A stretch of DNA of 64,000 nt from Naegleria gruberi (taxonomy: Eukaryota). Each line of letters starts with the position of its first letter. Position 1 is the stretch's first letter. The notes under the pieces are model-generated. The model was not told where the DNA came from. It searched no databases and saw nothing but the letters and a program-made list of their open reading frames with translations. Made by a program: the position numbers and the translations under genes. Location of the stretch: NCBI GenBank assembly GCA_000004985.1, contig GG738854.1, one strand, 5' to 3'. Shown here in pieces: positions 62,297 to 64,000 of this stretch.

Positions 62297-62707
62297 ATGT
62301 TCAGCTACGTCAACGAGTTACTCTCATCAGTGGTGAATCTCTCATCAGCAGAGTCTGTTATGCCGGAATCAACTCCTGCAATCGTTAATGCAGCCAATTC
62401 ACTGATAAAAGATACCTTTGATGATGATCAAATAGAAATGGAAAGGAAGGGAAGAAGATTACAAGAGTGGACTTGTTTGCACTTGTGTAATTTTCTCTAT
62501 CGTTCGGAGAGTGGTGAAGAGTTATTGTTTGTGATTAGGAATTTAATGAAGGCTGATGTTCAGGTGAAGGAAATTTATTCAGCTATTCATGATGAAGAGG
62601 AAAAGAATAGATTGATGGATTTGGTGGGTGGAACCAGAAGTGAAATTGAATTGGTTTTGAAATTGGTAGGAAAGGAAATTGATAGAATTAATGAATTGTT
62701 ATTGTAA
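62297..62707 (+). CDS. small hypothetical protein (136 aa)
   Basis: ATG at 62297 in 'acacacATGttc'; the track ORF's upstream start is non-ATG. Acidic, helical composition; no family. Confidence 0.35.
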   Translation: MFSYVNELLSSVVNLSSAESVMPESTPAIVNAANSLIKDTFDDDQIEMERKGRRLQEWTCLHLCNFLYRSESGEELLFVIRNLMKADVQVKEIYSAIHDEEEKNRLMDLVGGTRSEIELVLKLVGKEIDRINELLL

Positions 62708-62853
62708 AGTTGGTGTTTGGATTTGGAAGAGGAATGAAACTTTTAAATCAGCTCCATTACTTGGACTCAGAAATATGAAAATCAAAGATTATTGAAATGA
62801 TCTTTTAGATTTCGAATATAATTTACAAATGAAAGAAGAATTAAAACTGAACT

Positions 62854-63663
62854 TTACATCAAAATTGCTACTTCAATAATTTTATTGGGCAGCACTGAAT
62901 TGTTAGAATCCTTCTCACGTGAAATTTGAAAGAGTGCCCAACCATGTCTTGTTACAGATTGAGTTGATGCACTATTATTCGAATGTTGTTGCTGCTGTTG
63001 TTGTTGATTATTAGTTGAAATTGATTCAGAAATTGAAAGAGAATTAGTACTATTTTGATTATTATTCGCATTAGAAAGTGGTGCTGAACTAGTTGAATTA
63101 GCCACCACCGATTGACCACCATTCGTTTCATTTCCTTCAGAAACCATTGCAGAACTACCACTCTGTGATTGACTCATTGAAAAATTAATATAAACTCCAT
63201 TAGGCAAAACTGTAAATTTCAATCGATAGGCAAGTGTGAATTTGTGTGGAGTCAGAGCAGTGTACAACTCAATCGTTTGCATTAGTGTCAAATCTCTGTT
63301 CATCATATTTACAAAATGAATTTGTCCGCTCGGTGATAATTCCTTGAGTGAAAGTTTGTTTTTTGTTTTTTGTAAAAGATTTGAGATGGAGTGGGCGAAG
63401 GTTCCATTATTGACGATTTGGGACCATTTGGAAAGGTTTCTTGTTGGAAAGATGACTCTGGTTCGGCTTGTTAGTTTGGAGTTGTTATTGTTATTCACAA
63501 AAGTTATTGGAAAGGTTTCGGTTGGTGTGGAGAATGGAAGAGGCAAGTTAGATTGAATGGATGAAGTAGTGCATAAACCCTTTCGTCTAGGTTTATCAGT
63601 TTCTCGTGATTTACTGTTCAAGAATTGGGATTGCTTCTTTTCAGCATACTTTGAGAGTCTCAT
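62854..63663 (-). CDS. Q/N/S-rich hypothetical protein
   Basis: 269 aa; ATG at 63663. A structured segment 'IHFVNMMNRDLTLMQTIELYTALTPHKFTLAYRLKFTVLPNGVYINFS' is followed by poly-Q/N/S low complexity typical of dictyostelid nuclear proteins. Confidence 0.45.
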   Translation of the reverse strand: MRLSKYAEKKQSQFLNSKSRETDKPRRKGLCTTSSIQSNLPLPFSTPTETFPITFVNNNNNSKLTSRTRVIFPTRNLSKWSQIVNNGTFAHSISNLLQKTKNKLSLKELSPSGQIHFVNMMNRDLTLMQTIELYTALTPHKFTLAYRLKFTVLPNGVYINFSMSQSQSGSSAMVSEGNETNGGQSVVANSTSSAPLSNANNNQNSTNSLSISESISTNNQQQQQQQHSNNSASTQSVTRHGWALFQISREKDSNNSVLPNKIIEVAILM

Positions 63664-64000
63664 TCTTAAAACTATTCGAAACCTAAAGATGAAGATTGCA
63701 AGTTATTGTTGTTGTATTGCTACCAAACAAGTTGGATCGTGTTGACTTGTTTTTTTTGTGTTCGACTTCTCTATCGTCTCTTATTACCCGAAAATGTAGA
63801 TTCGGTTACTAGTACACGAAACACAATAAGAAACTTAAAAAAACGATATGATGGATAGGTGTATTAGAATGAGTTTCAACTTGACATTTTGGAGCAAGAG
63901 ATTGGAGGGAAACTTACCTGCATGACTCTTTTGACAAGTGACTTTGAAAAATTTGCAGTGACAGGCAGATCAAAACGAAACCCCGAATTGGAAATTTGTA

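Noticed and set aside
1-64000. CRISPR arrays, operons, prokaryotic defence islands
   Set aside because: The sequence is eukaryotic (spliceosomal introns, intron-containing tRNA, eL21). No direct-repeat/spacer arrays or prokaryotic gene organisation are visible.

Overview
This 64 kb window is eukaryotic nuclear DNA from an AT-rich amoebozoan, most likely a dictyostelid social amoeba (inference). The evidence is a GC content near 30 %, A-runs before start codons, repeated 'CSGNGxC..GFSG..CQ' EGF modules typical of Dictyostelia, Q/N/T-rich low-complexity tracts, and short introns of 42-77 nt, which argue against D. discoideum itself. The region is gene-dense, with about 33 protein-coding genes on both strands and four tRNA genes. 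The coding genes include an LrlA-like adhesion GPCR (34 EGF repeats, GPS, 7TM), an NHL-repeat/EGF/GPS single-pass protein, a 7TM-RGS fusion receptor, a receptor kinase with a Pmp-like beta-helix ectodomain, a GBP-like GTPase, Sec14, phospholipase-B-like, RPL21, RCC1, an ankyrin-hemerythrin fusion, an F-box/ubiquitin-like/2OG-oxygenase fusion, a DUF4116 repeat protein and a tandem pair of ENaC-like two-TM proteins. The tRNAs are two identical tRNA-Lys(UUU) genes and two intron-containing tRNA-Ile(UAU) genes that sit inside a 138-bp-arm palindromic inverted duplication. The most striking non-genic signal is a 533-bp element at 15229-15761 with perfect 16-bp terminal inverted repeats beginning CAGGG and a perfect 8-bp flanking direct repeat (ATTATTAC), the signature of a non-autonomous hAT-like MITE. 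Several genes show apparent disruptions (a frameshift, an in-frame TAG) that may be pseudogenisation, unannotated introns or sequence errors. No prokaryotic-type systems (CRISPR, operons) are present.
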